Assembly: GCF_001194135.2 (NCBI RefSeq)
Contig: NC_068981.1
Coordinates: 127,666,439 to 127,730,438 of the forward strand
Direction of reading: 5' to 3'
From: Octopus bimaculoides
Lineage: Eukaryota
Length of the DNA stretch: 64,000 nt
Below are positions 1-13,881 of this stretch, piece by piece (position 1 is the first letter of the stretch; each line of letters opens with the position of its first letter). The translations under genes and the position numbers were made by a program. A model generated the notes under the pieces. It ran no database searches, was not told the DNA's origin, and worked only from the letters and a program-made list of their open reading frames with translations.

Positions 1-420
1 TGCAAATCCAACAGAGCATACTACCTTCATTTCTTTCCAGCCTATGCATATCCTCTGCAGTCAGAACCCATGCCTCACTACCATGTAACAAAGCTGTTCT
101 CACATAAGCATCATACAACCTACCTTTCACTCTGAGAGTCCTTTTATTGCCAGCCGAAGTAGTAGTTCTCTGAACTTCCTCCACCCTATTCTTATTCTAG
201 AAACAATACTTTCAGAACATCCACCACCATTACTAATTTGGTCACCTAAATAGCAGAAACTATTCACTACCTCAAGAGAGCCTCCTGGGCATTTGAGAGA
301 GTTTAAGTCCCTCGTGCTCTTAGTACTTACTGTTCCTGCACATCTGCCATGCATGAAAGCAACCTTATCTGATAATCTTCTCACAATTCCACTGGATCTC
401 TTATGCATCCATAATGTTTT
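1..420 (-). mobile_element. RTE-clade LINE fragment (post-RT region of ORF2), runs off the window start
   Basis: Minus-strand ORF contains VVNSFCYLGDQISNGGGCSESIVSRIRIGWRKFRELL, paralogous to the copies at 18.9 kb and 49.4 kb. Confidence 0.85.
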
Positions 421-1262
421 GTTTAATGTTTGTTTTTCTATGCTAGTAAGGCTTAGAAAGGAGGTAACTTAGGAAGGGTTTTTATGGCTGGTTGTTCTTC
501 TGTTGCCCACCCTTATTTGTTTTTCAATTAAGGGATTTTTTACTCCAGAGAAATTCAAAAATGCAGCCCAGCCACAAATGGTGACATCACTGTTTATAGC
601 TGAGCTGCAAACAGTTATGTCACCATTTCTAATTGTAGAATAACATTTGTAGCAAGCTTGTATGTTAAGAAGCTTTCTACCTGATCAAGAGGTCTTGGGT
701 TCAGTTCCACTATGCAGCATCTTGGGCAAGTGTCTTCTACTCTGGCCCTGGCTGAACCAAAACCTTGTGAATAGGTTTGGTAGACAGAAATTGAAAGAAG
801 CCTGTCATGTGTGTGTGTATGTGTGTGCGCACGCGTGTATGTGTGTGTGTGTGCTGTCTTTGTGTTTGTCCATCGCAGCTGCTTGACAACTGGTGTTGGT
901 CTGATTACATCCCCATAATTTAGCAGTTTGGCTAAAAGAGACAGATATAATAAATACCAGGTTAAAAGATAAGTACTGGGGTCAAATTGTTAGAGTAAAT
1001 GCTTCAAGGCAGTATCCCAGCATGGTGACAGTTCAAAGACTGAAACAAGTAAAAAAGATAAAAAAGTAGAACAGGCGCATGCATGTACGCATGCACGTGC
1101 ATGCGTGCACACATTTTGACTCCCAAATTCCTTCACAAGACATTGGTTGGTCTGGAACCAAAGTGAAAAACTTGTCAAAGGTACTTCACATTGGGACTGA
1201 ACTTGAAACCATGTGGTTAGAAGTTTAATACCTTAATCACCTGTGTATAGGTATATTTGTTT

Positions 1263-1304
1263 GTGTGTGTGTGTGTGTGTGTATTTGTGTACAAGATATA
1301 TGTG

Positions 1305-1378
<74 letters not shown>

Positions 1379-1432
1379 CATACATATATTGCATATTTGT
1401 GTGTATACATGCGTCTGTGTGTGTGTATATAC
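1263..1432. repeat. Compound (TG)n/(TA)n microsatellite, representative of many
   Basis: Directly visible. Similar tracts at about 9688-9725 (AAT), 10425-10505 (GT/GA), 13851-13880, 28492-28533, 30808-30863, 32881-32920, 39522-39558 and 59903-59938 (TAAAA). Confidence 0.95.
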
Positions 1433-4400
1433 ATAAACACAGATACCTGTATGCCTATACCAAATGTTTATATGCACATACATTTGTATATACTCACCCC
1501 TCCATAAGTACCACTTACTAAGATGTTAATGATAGTATAAACTGTGTTATTAATGATTTCATTTCCTCTTTACTGATTTTTCTGTTACAGCCTGTCATTC
1601 ACTCTCAAAATACCTTCTATGCTGTCATCAACCCTGTTTACTGACTTTTATTTTTCTTCATTTAAATGCCTTTGTATGCTTGTTGCTTCCATTAATACAT
1701 CCTCCTGTTTATAAGGCATCTATGAGTGGGCCTCAACAGGGTCACTGAACTTGCTAAAAACAACTGCTAAAGTCCTTCAAATCACTTCCTACTGTCTTTA
1801 AAAGAACAGGTTTGATAATGAGTTCCCTGTGCATACAAAAATGATTGGATGGTTACCTGATCAGGATTAAATAGAGCTTAACAACAACTTACTAGTATAA
1901 CTGTATGTGTTCCTATTGTTACACTATACTAGTCTTGCTCCTATAGTCCAGTCCTCTTCTTACTCTAATTTTACTATTACTGATTTGTTTTCAATTTACA
2001 GTATCCACACTAATACTGTATGGTCTCATACACTAATAGCTTTGTAAAATGTTCAATTTAATATAATTTATTTGCCTTGGGTTATGCAATACTGTCATTT
2101 TCAAATAAGGATGAAATGGCTCATACAAGGTCACCAACAACTGGAAATTTTAAGGTCTTTATAATGTGTAAGAAAAAAAAATGAAATGTGTATATTCTGT
2201 GCACCTTCTTCATTAATCTCTAATTTAAAATTGAAGCTTCCAATCCTGCCTAAAATTGATCTAGAAGGGATTGTCTCCTCCTCTACAATTGCTGACCACC
2301 AGGGCACACTGCATGTGTGATATGGTTCTCTTTATACAATTTTTATTCAATTAACATCTGTAGCATTGTGTTCTGTGTGTTTGTCTGTGTATACATACTA
2401 CATTTGTCTTAGTATTCTTTAACAGTGTCCTCTCACTACTTTTGTATGGTCATTTATTTACTGTATCCTCCTCGTTAATGTTAGCAGACTTGACATGGTT
2501 GCCTTCCAGTCATTTTCACAAACCATTGAGTCTACTTTTCTCACTTATTCTCTTAATTATCTACTCAATGATCACTAATCAACAGTATCACTTGCAACAT
2601 ATTCTGTTTCTAATTGGAATTTCATTTTCAAAATTTAAATCTGAGAAAATCTGATTACTGAAAAGATAGATAACCCCAGTCAAATGCTGATCAAATGCTT
2701 TTTTCCTTTGTTTTCAATTTTCTATTTCTGTGCGAAAAAGCTACTTGAAGAGGTCCGCTAGGAGTTATTCAACATCAATTATCCTGTTTATGTGTATGTA
2801 CTCTGTGACACTTTGTATCATAACTGCCATTTCTTTACTCTGGTGTTACAGAAGTCCTCTTTGCTCACTAAATATCTTTCAAGGCTATTAACCTCATTTT
2901 TAGTGATGTGAAAGGTTCATTACATTTCAATTACTATGTTCACCAACAATCATCAGGTTTTTGTTTTTGAATTTATACATTATACCGAACTGGATTTGCC
3001 TTTTAGCATTTTAACCAGCCATATCTGATAATCAGCCAAAATATTCTACCTGTTTTATCTTCAAACTGGTCAGATCCAGCTTTTCACACTTAACCCTAAA
3101 ATATTATACTAAAAATAAACAATCACATCATTGAAATCTCAAAGCAACAAGGTAATGCATGACTAATTCAAAACAATATGAATAAATAAGCATTATATTT
3201 CACAATGAAATCTGAATGCTAAAGGGTTAAAATTTAGAAGTTTTATTTCTAAACTAAGGATAGCAGTAACTCAGTTATCAAGTCTGACATTATGTATACA
3301 TCAAGCTGCATGATGATGGTTGAATGATTGGAGATCAAATTGATCCAAAATACAGGGAAGAATCACATCATCAAAATCTCAAAGCTACAAGATAATGCAA
3401 GATTAATTTTAAACAATATGAATAAATAAGAATCACATTTGATAAAGTAATCTGAATACTAAATGGTTAAGGTTAACAGTTTAAAAATGTATAAGCAATA
3501 ATAACAATAAATTATCTCAAACATGTAGACATTTAATAAATCATCAACATTATTGTGATAGAACCACATCAGTGATGATTCACTTTTGTAAATTTTTTCA
3601 TCATTGCAGATTTTTTTTTATTATGTTTTATCTTTTACTCATTTCAGTCATTAGACTGACCATACTGGGGCACTCCCTTGACAGGTTTAGTTGAACAAAT
3701 CAACCTCAGTACTTGTTATTTGTTTTCTAATCTTATTCTCTGTTTCTTTTTGCCAAACCGCTACAGTGATGTAAACAAACCAACACTGGTTGTCAAGTGA
3801 GACCCCCCCCCCACACACACATTAATATTTGTTTTTATGTTCAGTTATAATAATTTGATGTTCAGCCATAGCAATTTTATGTTTAGTTATGACAATTTTA
3901 TGTTCAGTTATAACAGTTTCACATTAATCTGATGTGTTACTCCATACTTTTGTTGTCTACAATTTTATTATTCTTAAACAAGAATGTTGTAGACAGTGAC
4001 TTCAAAGTTTCAGCCAGCTAAATCATTGTTGGCAGTCTATAGTAGAAGACATTTAATCAAGGTACCACCCAGGATCATGTGACTGGAAAGCAAACTTCTT
4101 ACCACATAACCATGCCTGAACCCGTAATTGAATTCTATTGCATCAATTTTTTTCTTTGGTTTTATTTCTGAAAATTCAGAAAATATTTCAGCTCTTAGAA
4201 TAAGCATTATTTTACTGATTGATGCATTTCTTATCACTGAATTGTGATATAAAGTCTAAGCATCTATTTTAAAGCTGAAACAAATTTCTCAGCTGGCTGA
4301 ATTGGTACAGTACCTGACTTTTCATCAAAATTGCAGCATTTATTTAGTGATATAAACCATCTACCAGTAAATAGGTATTTAGTGGTGGGGAGTTCATTGC

Positions 4401-5074
4401 TGTAATTAGTGGGAACACTGTATAATTGCTCTTGTTTTTGTTAGCCTGCTGTGTTAAGCTGTAAGAGAACAGGATCCAAGCCTATATGTAAGATATTTGT
4501 CAGCTATTTAATTACCTTATGGTAAATTAACAGAACTGGATCAAAACAGGCAAGAAAAGTAATATGCTTTGTATAATGTGATGAAATAATTATCACTGGG
4601 GTTTAGGGATTAAAAGTAAGCAGTTGGCTGTGTGGATGAGTGCTGAACATGGAAGTTTTATTGTTTGCTCTTGCTAAGTTTTACTTTCAGCAAAAGTTGG
4701 GCCTTCTTTGAAGTAGTAATGTGACCTTAAGTCACCTTTGTTTTATCTATTACTTGCTTCTAAACCATTGATAAATAATAGCCATGAAATGGAAATATGT
4801 TGGGAATTCGTGCTTAATATTTTACTTCTTGATTTTTGTTTATCTCTCATTTAGTTAAAAATGTCGACCTGCTGATTCTAGACTTCAGAAATTGATCCCA
4901 GTTACTGTTTAATAATGCATTGTGCTTCCAAACCAGGGTTTTTTAAAACTTGGATTGTAGGGCTCCCTTGAGAGCATTGTGAGCTCACAAAGAGAATGGC
5001 AGATGTCAATGACATGATTTGGAGGGGGCACTGGGTGTTTTTGAAAGGTTGTGATTTTTTGTAGAAGGAAACTA

Positions 5075-5678
5075 GGATCTTTTTTAAAACGGGGGCCACA
5101 TTTTTCATTAACGAAACACTTTGAAACTTGGAACACTGGTAGAATGTGTCATATAAAACATCTTTTTCTCTTAGTCTTCTTAAAAAAAAAGAAATCCCTA
5201 AGTTATTCCATGTGAAAGTTGTCGTATTTCTGTAATTTCAACCAATCACTGACGTCCATTCAGCCGATATACATTAAGTGCCGACTACATAAACAAACGA
5301 TTCTGAAACAATTCTATCGGTGATAGGGTTAGGGTTAGGGTTAGGGTAAAACAGCAAATTTAAAAAGAAAAAAGCAAATAAAACAAAGAAAAAAAAGAGA
5401 AAATGAAAAAAGCAAATTTAAAATGAAAAAAGCAAATAAAACGAAGCTATGGCTTCATCAGCCAAAGGAGTAAATGTAAACAACTGAATACTTGTCAGTG
5501 ATTGGTTGAAATTATTGAAATAAGACAATTTTTTACATGAAATAAATTCAAATACAAAAATATTTTTCTGTTCTATAACACAAAATAGATAAGTATACGA
5601 AGTTTGAAAGTCTTTCGGTACCAAAAACACTACGTAAAACATTAATGAAAAATGTGGCCCCCGTTTTAAAAAAGATCC
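5075..5678. mobile_element. Non-autonomous TIR element with GGATC termini, 8-bp TSD and internal (TTAGGG)n
   Basis: Perfect 37-bp TIRs (5075-5111 and 5642-5678); TSD ggaaacta at 5067-5074 and 5679-5686; inner inverted repeat tttcaaccaatcactgac / gtcagtgattggttgaaa. Confidence 0.9.
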
Positions 5679-7275
5679 GGAAACTATTTAAACCTGGTAC
5701 AATATTAATATTTTGAACACATAATATAAGTAGGACATTGTGGTATCAGTGATGACAAAAACAAATACCTCTATCTTTTGGAAGAAAGTAAAATTACTGT
5801 TGTTACCATCTTCTTCATACTTTGTTGAGAAAGGATTCAGCATAGTAGCACCATTTAGCTAAACAGCAGAATAAATTACAAATATGAAAACGAGAAGGTT
5901 TGAAGTTCTGCTTGTCAAATGTTGAACTTGATAGTTTTAAATGGGCAAAGCCAACTGGTAGCAGACCCAAGTGTACATCATGAGCAAGATGGTTGGATAA
6001 TGTCCATGAGTTTGGTTGGTCTTGCTTGGGGATCCAGCTGGATAAGTTGGGGATGATTGCGTCTGACAAGACCCTACTCCGACGACCCTCCCAAGAATAA
6101 GTGAGCAAAGAAGATGAGATGAGATGAGCAAAATCTTATCAAGCACAAGGTAGCCATAAGTTATTTTTCAATTATTAAATATTGTTTTTGGAATATAATA
6201 TTTTAAAATATTTTATATTTGTTTTTTAACTTAACAACTGATATATGTATAGTTTGTCAAGACCAGTAACAAAGCTGATAATATTTTAGTTAAAATTTAT
6301 ATTTTAATATTTTTTGTTCTAAATCTTCTTACTTGCATACACTAATAATAATTTAAAATATAATTTCACTTTGTAGTCTTTGCCTTTTCAGGTGCTTTCC
6401 ATAAAAATTTAACTAGGATGTGCTGTTTTAGATAAATATCTAAAAAAGAAGCATGTGCTGCATGGGATAGAGTTAGAAAATATGTATAATGAATGACTAC
6501 ATGAAATTAACTTCTGTTTGATTTAATCTGCATTTTTGTTTTCAAAACATGAGTTGGCTTGTTTGTAAAACACTTTTCAGGGAAATGGTATACTGAGCTT
6601 CAAAAAATTGGAGAATCATAGATCTAGGCAAAGCACATTACTCTGAGTTGGTATGAAGTTGTTTACCAATAACCTCTGGTCTCCAGATGGGCTGTCTCCT
6701 CACCGTACCATACCTCCTCTTCCATCTTGGTGCTAGATGATCTCATCTTATCTCCATTCAGGCTACTTCAACTTAAATCATCTCTCCTTGTCTCATCACA
6801 CATATTCTGTCCATCCCACTCTTAACCCTTCACAAATCACTTCATTGAGTCCTTATTTCTTAGAGTGTCAGTCTTCCGGAATTCCCTCCTTGCCTATGTT
6901 TTTTCTGCAGTTGTTCAAGAACAATCTCAGCTCCATCCAGGAGCTGAGCCCTTGACTGAGACAATCGTGCATTTAGCTCCTTCCAGACAAACCATTAGGG
7001 AAAAAATATCCTTCAACATATACCAACCCTGTGAAACAACTGTTGAAAGAATGATGGTAGTAACTCTTTCCATCTGACTGAAGATTAGGCACCTCTCTCA
7101 ATTCATAGCACGATTAGAAGCATTTTACTGTTGACCAACACTTTATATTATTATCCATCCATAGAGTGAAGTGAGATTTTGTTGCTGTAGCAACCATAAC
7201 ATCTGTTAGTGACATCAAATGTGACACTTGAGACAGTATAATGAGAAGAATCATGGGAATTGTAGATAGATTTAA

Positions 7276-7492
7276 TCCTTTAGCATTCAGATTATTCTGT
7301 CAAATATAATGCTTATTTATTCACATTGTTTTGAATAAATCATGTTTTATATCATAACCTTGAAATTTTGATGTGATTGCTTATTGTTTGAATGAATTGG
7401 CAGGAAAGGTGTGATAAGCTGGATCTGATTAATTTGAAAATAAAACAAGCAGAATATCATGGCTGGTTATGGCTGGTTCAAATACTAGAGGG
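7276..7492. mobile_element. piggyBac-type MITE, same family as 48312-48528
   Basis: ttaa flanks on both sides; same 217-bp length and internal sequence. Confidence 0.68.
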
Positions 7493-9687
7493 TTAATCCC
7501 TAGTGACAATATACATTCTTCTGATAGCTGTTGCTTGAAGGTTAAGTGGAAAGCTAAGCATTCCAAAGGTGAACAATCCGTGTAAGTTGTATTTGGATAT
7601 AGTCATTGGCCAAAGAATAAGCTGTCTGCTAAGGATAGTAACCATAATTTATTGTCATGTCACCTCAATGACTTGATCAGATCATAGCTATTAAATTCCA
7701 AGTTATATATTTAATTAATTAAATAATTGGCTGTGGTAAGAAGCTTGCTTTCCAACCACATGGTTTTGGGTTCAGTTTCCCTGCCTAGCACCTTAGCTGA
7801 GTGTCTTCTACTATGCCCTTGGGCTGATCAAAGCCTTGTGAGTGGATTTGGTAGATGGAAGCCGTGTGGAAAGTTGTGTATATGTGTGAATATATATGTA
7901 TGTGTGCGTGTATTTGCGAGTGTCTGTCCCCACTACTGTACCATTTGGCGACCAGTGTTGGTTTGTTAACTTCCTTATAACTTACCAATTTTGCAAAAGA
8001 GACCAATAGGATAAGTACCAGATTTAAAATAAGTACTGGAGTTGATTTGTTTAACTAAAATCCTTCAAGGCAATACCCCCAGCATCTCTGCATTCTAATG
8101 ACTAAAACAAATACAAAATAAAAGAATAAAAGATTATCATTTCATTTCCTCATTTTTCTTGCTTTGGGTGAACATTTTATAAAACTCTCTGGATTTTGTG
8201 TAAGGAGAAAGGCAACATATACGAGCTAGAGCTTTTGTCAAATACTATCCCCTGTTTTTGCATCCTGCATGGTTTAATTAAAGAACAATTAATTTTAAAT
8301 CCTTGTCTATGACCTGGTTTCACTTCTCACAGCATTCTAATACCAATACTTTCATTTAGCCAGAACAGCAAATAGTTGTAGCATCTGTATTAGTAACTGC
8401 TAATATGTATTTTATTTAGTGTTAATCTTTCCACACAAATATTTTTTTATCATAATCCTCTTAGTTGCATATTAAATTAGAGTTCAGTGTCTGTATTTTC
8501 TTTTACTTGCTATTTATTTTCATTTTATGTTTTCTTTCTTTCTTTTTATCACTAATGTTTCTTAATTATGTATGTTGCCTTAGGCTAGTAAATTAAGTTT
8601 CTTGCTTAGCAATGGAGATATGTACTTGTACAGGAATGTGATTTCATGTCTTAGAGTTGAGATCTAAGGAATTAACTACTTGGATATATTATCTGTTATA
8701 GGAAAGTTTGTTGAAGAGGTTAGTGAGTTCATTTGTCATAAGGAGTGAGTGAGTGAATAAATCTAATGTTTTGGCCATTTGCTCTTCTTCCATAAGAGAG
8801 AGTATGTTAATTTTAAAACCAAAATAACATTTTATGTATTCTCTTTTTTCTTGGAAGAAGAGAAAGTGCTTGAAGTGCTTTTTTTTCCTCATTGTGGATC
8901 AACTTACTTTTTTGGTGAATTAATTTTTGATGATGTGAACCACCACTACTTTTCTAGGATTCTAGATTTAACTATATTTTTTTGCAGTATCCTAACATAA
9001 AAAAAGGAACTGGTACTCCATCAGTTATGATGATGAGGGTTCCAGTTGATCCAGTCAAAGGAACAACCTACTTGTGAAATTAACATAAATATGCAAAGAA
9101 ATATTGTGTTTTTTTTTATGGGGGTCAATGATCTAGGTTAGAAAGTTGCCATTTGTTGGTCTCTTAAATCTATAGATTGTCGAATTCTTCTTGGATTTTA
9201 AATAGAAATTGGCCTAGGGGATATTTGAAATCATTAGGATTGTGAAAAGGAGAAAAAAATATGAATATCATTGTGACCTTGGCTTACAAAATATTATATT
9301 GCTTTTTAGAAAGAAGGTATGCCTCCCCTACATTTAAAAAAGATCATATGAATTACAGAGTGAATATTTACAGATCTCTTGGTTCAAAGACAGTTGACCC
9401 AGCAGCATTTTTTTTGTTGAGATTTGATCTAGAAACTGATTTTCAAATTATTTATGAAACTTCACCAACCTCACCAATCAACATGCTTGCTTTCAAGCCA
9501 ATAAAGGAAACTTTGAGATTACTTAATTTGCTAGAAATAGCAACCAAATCTTTCCCAAATCACACCTTATCATTTTAAAAAAGGAAGACATATTGGATAT
9601 TGTAGTTCTAGATTCACTATGTCTGTTTCCCCCATCAAAAATGTATGTCAGTTTTTTGCTATTACTAGATGTCATTATTGTTTCTAA

Positions 9688-9726
<39 letters not shown>

Positions 9727-10426
9727 TTTATTTCCCTACAACAACACCAAAAGAGTGACATTACAAAAGCAAAATATCAGAAAAAGAAATTTGTTGCATC
9801 AGATTAAAAAGTAATGGATTATAAAAGCAACAGTTACAAATAATATAATATGAATAATCTAATATATATTTAATATCCCCCCCTCCAAAAAAAGGATAAG
9901 CACATAGGACAAATCAGGGTAACCTGCAAATGAATTTCTCTCAATGTTAAGAGGGTAATTTACTTCTCTCTACAATCAGTTTACAACTGAAACTTGAGAG
10001 TGAGGTCACCTAGCTATATTAAACCCGTCACTACATGGTTGCTCAACCTGTTAGAAATAGCAATCAAATTTCCCCAAACCATACCCTGACACTTTAAAAA
10101 TGGAAGGTCACAATGTAGTTCTAGATGTTGAAATAAAAATGATATGGTTATGGTTAGAACATCTTTGATTATAAGTCTGTTTGATCAGAGCTGACTTTAA
10201 CCAAGACAACAACAACAATAATGGTATTATAATAATGGTATGATAATAACTAATGGTATAATAATAATGGTATAATAATACCTGTAAGCAATCATGTTTA
10301 ACCAACAAATATTGATGATTGTGATGACAAAAATCATGATGATTATCATATTTACTACTGTTAGTGATAGTAGAAACTAACTAGGTTACTGTTAATAACA
10401 GTAAAGCTTATGTAAAAGTAACTTGT

Positions 10427-10493
<67 letters not shown>

Positions 10494-11460
10494 TGTGTGT
10501 GTATGTATGAGATGTGCATGTTTTTCAGTGTGAATATATGAGGGGTGTAAGTTTCTGTTTCTCAATGTGTTCATGAACTGACACACATTTTGTGTACCAG
10601 CTGTTTACAACTGTGAAGTCACATGAAAATGGGAAATGGGGAATGAGAATGTGTGTACATGCTAATATGTATTTGTGCATCAATATATTCCTTTACTCTT
10701 TTACTCTTTTACTTGTTTTAGTTATTTGACTGTGGCCATGCTGGAGCACCGCCTTTAGTCGAACAAATCGACCCCAGGACTTATTTTTGTAAGCCTAGTA
10801 CTTATTCTATTGGTCTCATTTTGCCGAACCGCTAGGTTATGGGGACGTAAACACACCAGCATCGGTTGTCAAACTAAGTTGGGGGAACAAACACACAAAC
10901 ATATACACACACATACATATGTATATATACATACATACGACAGGCTTCTTTCAGTTTCCGTTTACCAAATCCACTCACAAGGCTTTGGTCGGCCCGAGGC
11001 TATAGTAGAAGACACTTACCCAAGGTGCTACACAGTGGGACGGAACCCGGAACCATGTGGTTCATAAGCAAGCTACTTACCACACAGCCACTCCTATCAA
11101 TATGTTCAATAGTAGTAAGGTGCCAAGCTGACAGAATTGTTAGCAAGCTGGGCAAAATGCTTAACACCATTTCATCCATCTTCATGTTTTGAGTTTAATT
11201 CTTCTGAGCTCAACTTTACCGTTCATCCTTTTTTTTTTGTGGTAGGGGAGCAATAAAATAAGTACCAGTGGGACTCTGGGATCAATATAACTGACTAACA
11301 CCCTCCCCCGAAATTGCTGGCCTTGTGCCAAAATGTGAAATCATCATTTTCAATTGTGTGCATTTATGAATGTGTATTTGCATATCTGGTGTTTGTGTGT
11401 GTGTGTATGTGTACATGTGAATATGGACATAGGCACTGACATAATTCCTATCAACGTATT

Positions 11461-12660
11461 AAATAACAATAGTGGGATCGTTGCCGGTGCCCCTGGACTG
11501 GATCATGTGCGGGCGACACATGAAATCTTTCGAGCGGGATCGTTGCCAGTGCCCCTGAACTGGCTCATGTGCGGGCGACACATGAAATATTTCGAGCGAG
11601 ATCGTTGCCAGTGCCCCTGGACTGGCTCTTGTGCGGGTGACACATGAAATTATTCGAGTGAGTTCGTTGCCAGTGGCCCTGAACTGGCTCTTGTGTGGGA
11701 CCGTCGTANNNNNNNNNNNNNNNNNNNNNNNNNNNNNNNNNNNNNNNNNNNNNNNNNNNNNNNNNNNNNNNNNNNNNNNNNNNNNNNNNNNNNNNNNNNN
11801 NNNNNNNNNNNNNNNNNNNNNNNNNNNNNNNNNNNNNNNNNNNNNNNNNNNNNNNNNNNNNNNNNNNNNNNNNNNNNNNNNNNNNNNNNNNNNNNNNNNN
11901 NNNNNNNNNNNNNNNNNNNNNNNNNNNNNNNNNNNNNNNNNNNNNNNNNNNNNNNNNNNNNNNNNNNNNNNNNNNNNNNNNNNNNNNNNNNNNNNNNNNN
12001 NNNNNNNNNNNNNNNNNNNNNNNNNNNNNNNNNNNNNNNNNNNNNNNNNNNNNNNNNNNNNNNNNNNNNNNNNNNNNNNNNNNNNNNNNNNNNNNNNNNN
12101 NNNNNNNNNNNNNNNNNNNNNNNNNNNNNNNNNNNNNNNNNNNNNNNNNNNNNNNNNNNNNNNNNNNNNNNNNNNNNNNNNNNNNNNNNNNNNNNNNNNN
12201 NNNNNNNNNNNNNNNNNNNNNNNNNNNNNNNNNNNNNNNNNNNNNNNNNNNNNNNNNNNNNNNNNNNNNNNNNNNNNNNNNNNNNNNNNNNNNNNNNNNN
12301 NNNNNNNNNNNNNNNNNNNNNNNNNNNNNNNNNNNNNNNNNNNNNNNNNNNNNNNNNNNNNNNNNNNNNNNNNNNNNNNNNNNNNNNNNNNNNNNNNNNN
12401 NNNNNNNNNNNNNNNNNNNNNNNNNNNCGAGCAAGATGAGCGTGGCCATTGCCAGTACCGCCTGACTGGCCTTCGTGCGGGTGACACGTAAAAGCACCCA
12501 CTACACTCTCTGAGTGGTTGGCGTTAGGAAGGGCATCCAGCTGTAGAAACTCTGCCAAATCAGATTGGAGCCTGGTGTAGCCATCTGGTTTCACCAGTCC
12601 TCAGTCAAATCGTCCAACCCATGCTAGCATGGAAAGCGGACGTTAAACGACGACGACGAC
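11461..12660 (+). mobile_element. RTE 3'UTR-only copy with an internal 62-bp tandem array
   Basis: 3' end matches the other RTE copies (ends ...cggacgttaaacgacgacgacgac); 62-bp units at 11476, 11538, 11600 and 11662, then an N-gap. Confidence 0.85.
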
Positions 12661-12707
12661 CTCCATAGATGCATTTTACTGGACAGACTGATGGATGAGA
12701 AGCTTAA

Positions 12708-12927
12708 CCCTTTTGGCATCAACCTGCTTGAGACCACCTTTGATTCTGTTGTAGAAACTCTGTTTTAATGTGATCTGAAAACCTTCCCTGTTCAAAGTTC
12801 CATATTCATTTATGTTCTATACACCATATTAATAATGACAAAATTACGACTTCAGTAAATTCTTTGTTATTTTCAAAATTAATTGAAACAGACAGTGTAT
12901 TTCCTTAGAAATATGGTAAATAAAGGG
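12708..12927. mobile_element. Second TTAA/CCC MITE family
   Basis: ttaa|ccctttt ... aaaggg|ttaa; the interior is unrelated to the 217-bp family. Confidence 0.55.
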
Positions 12928-13051
12928 TTAACAATTTTAACCCTTTTGCATTCAGATTTCTCTATCAAATGTAATGCTTGTTTATCCACATTGATTTGAA
13001 TTAGTTAAGCATTGTTCTGTAGCTTTGAGATTTCAGTGACGTGGTTGTTTA

Positions 13052-13270
13052 TGAGGGGATGCTGAAAAGTTCCTGGCTTTGAGGTTACTGCGAAAGGCCT
13101 GGTTGGAGGCCTAACCTTCTGAGTTCTTTTACAGGACTTGGTTAAACTGAAGGACCACTGCAATAAGTGTATATAATCTGAGAGGGGAATATGTTGAATA
13201 AAATCATAATTAACTGATCTTCCTGTATTTTCTTTTACCCGAAGCCAGGAATATTTCAGTATACCCCTTG
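13052..13270 (+). mobile_element. mariner-derived MITE
   Basis: TA TSD; imperfect TIR tgaggggatgctgaaaagttcctggcttt / gaagccaggaatatttcagtataccccttg; internal remnant about DHCNKC-NLRGEYVE*, like a mariner transposase C-terminus. Confidence 0.8.
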
Positions 13271-13850
13271 TATTTTTACAATAATATTGTAGAGTAAGTG
13301 TGGGAGGCTGGATTTGGCTAGTTTGAAGATAAGACATGGAAGATATTTTGGCTGGATGTGGTGAGTTTAAATTCTAAAGAGTTAAATCTAAAGTTATATT
13401 TCTTTTATATAAATTTTCAAGTGTAGAAAACACTTAAGTCATGAACAGCTGCTTAATCTTTTACAAAGGGACAAAGCACTTTTATATTTCCTTTTTACAT
13501 CTAAGAAAAGGAACCTTTCTGTTAAACAAATCTTCACTCTGCAAAAATCAATCCACCAACCAAATTATACTTTCTCTATTTTACTGATACTACAACAGCA
13601 TTAGCTACTCTGAACTATAAATTGTATACACCTCTACGTAAACCCTCCCTATGAAGCCTTCATTGTTCTTGTCAGCACCCTCATAATACTTTGTTTTAAA
13701 ACTCTTTTTAATTTTTCTGTCCCCAGAACTTGATTTTGAAATGTGTTGGTTTCATAATTTCCTTCTAACCAGGATACTGTAGTAATTAATATTGAACCTT
13801 AATTTATATCCTTTAGTCATCCTTGTCTACATCTCTCCTTNNNNNNNNNN

Positions 13851-13881
<31 letters not shown>

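Noticed and set aside
1217-1521. YIYIYI/THTHTH/CVCVCV ORFs here and elsewhere
   Set aside because: Translations of dinucleotide microsatellites.
5324-5347. (TTAGGG)n as a true telomere or fusion site
   Set aside because: Only about 4 units, enclosed by TIRs and a TSD; it belongs to a mobile element.
5815-6146. Overlapping 97-aa and 69-aa minus-strand ORFs, considered as missing SNX16 N-terminal exons or another gene
   Set aside because: No recognisable motif in any frame, no consistent splice sites, and the plus frames are closed.
11461-11700. Regularly spaced GC-rich repeats suggesting a CRISPR array
   Set aside because: The units are contiguous 62-bp tandem copies without unique spacers, within a eukaryotic LINE 3'UTR; no cas genes.
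11459-12594. Long ORFs of 250-450 aa in the track (also about 33.2, 42.0, 52.5 and 62.3 kb)
   Set aside because: They are open only because they run through N-gaps.
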